Positions 63,332 through 64,000 of a stretch of 64,000 bases of DNA are shown here, one piece after another. The stretch is from positions 1,201,527 through 1,265,526 of the forward strand of contig MU058065.1 in assembly GCA_013265495.1 (NCBI GenBank), written 5' to 3'. Position numbers and translations under genes: made by a program. Under the pieces are notes generated by a model, which was given only the letters and a program-made list of their open reading frames with translations, had not been told where the DNA came from and searched no databases. Source of the DNA: Vicugna vicugna (taxonomy: Eukaryota). Position 1 is the first letter of the stretch. Each line of letters opens with the position of its first letter.

Positions 63332-64000
63332 AGTCAAATTGTCCTATGTCAACCCCATGGTATAGGTGGACTCAAAGCCAATACAATACACAGCCAATAT
63401 TTTAAAATAGTTACTTTGGAATTTGATGTTTTATTCATTAAAAACAAAACAAAACACTCCTGGGGAAAAAAAGCAAGAAACAATGTAGCCAATAGTGGAG
63501 AGATTTCTCCTGCTCTAAATATGCCAGGGCAGGTTGGCCATCATTTATGCCTTGACAGCTCCCTCCTCGGGGGTGTGGAGGAAGAAAGACAAGACAGGCC
63601 AGCATGGGAGGATGTGTGTGGACTAACGCAGGCCTCTTAGGGAGGTTTTCCCAGGCGCTGCCTCCTGCCCCACTGTATAAGGGCAGTGGGAGTTTTATAA
63701 TATTTTTTAACACAGTTGGCAGCCATAATGAGAACCTGGAATCTCATTTCATTCTGCCTCAGATTCCAGCCTTTGCATCATCAATCAAGCTGCCCTAATG
63801 TTTTCTTGAAGTGAAAGAACAAAAAAATCATGGAAATAATACAAAGTTCTTTCCCCAGCTACTTAAAAATTCTTGCATGTAAAAAAGATATTGTCACCCA
63901 GGTAAAACAAAGAAAAGAGAATAGGACTGAACCAATTTGTGAGTTGATTATGGGGAAAAACAACTTTTTCCCCTTAGTAATCTGCATATTCATAAGAGGG

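Overview
Mammalian genomic DNA, AT-rich and CpG-depleted. It is very likely camelid (alpaca/llama/camel), judged from a Vic-1-type tRNA-derived SINE at 46407-46549 and cetartiodactyl-type L1 3' ends. The window holds the 5' end of the neuronal adaptor gene NYAP2 on the minus strand. Its first coding exon is 19741-19978 (CDS 19741-19961, [33 protein letters not shown]...EEAIKR). Two non-coding exons are predicted at 27788-28274 and 28567-~28853, with a predicted TATA+Inr core promoter at ~28850-28885. Positions 1-19740 are the start of the following large intron. Positions ~29000-64000 are upstream intergenic DNA dense in old transposons (L1, L2, MIR, MaLR/ERV LTRs, hAT-Charlie MERs). All other ORFs in the track look spurious. 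I see no new gene system. The best leads are regulatory or structural: a near-canonical REST/NRSF site ~20 kb upstream, a long uAUG-laden spliced 5' leader, a perfect 22-bp intronic inverted repeat that looks like a templated-insertion scar, and a candidate poison exon next to it. Repeat family names come from recalled consensus sequences, and their boundaries are approximate.
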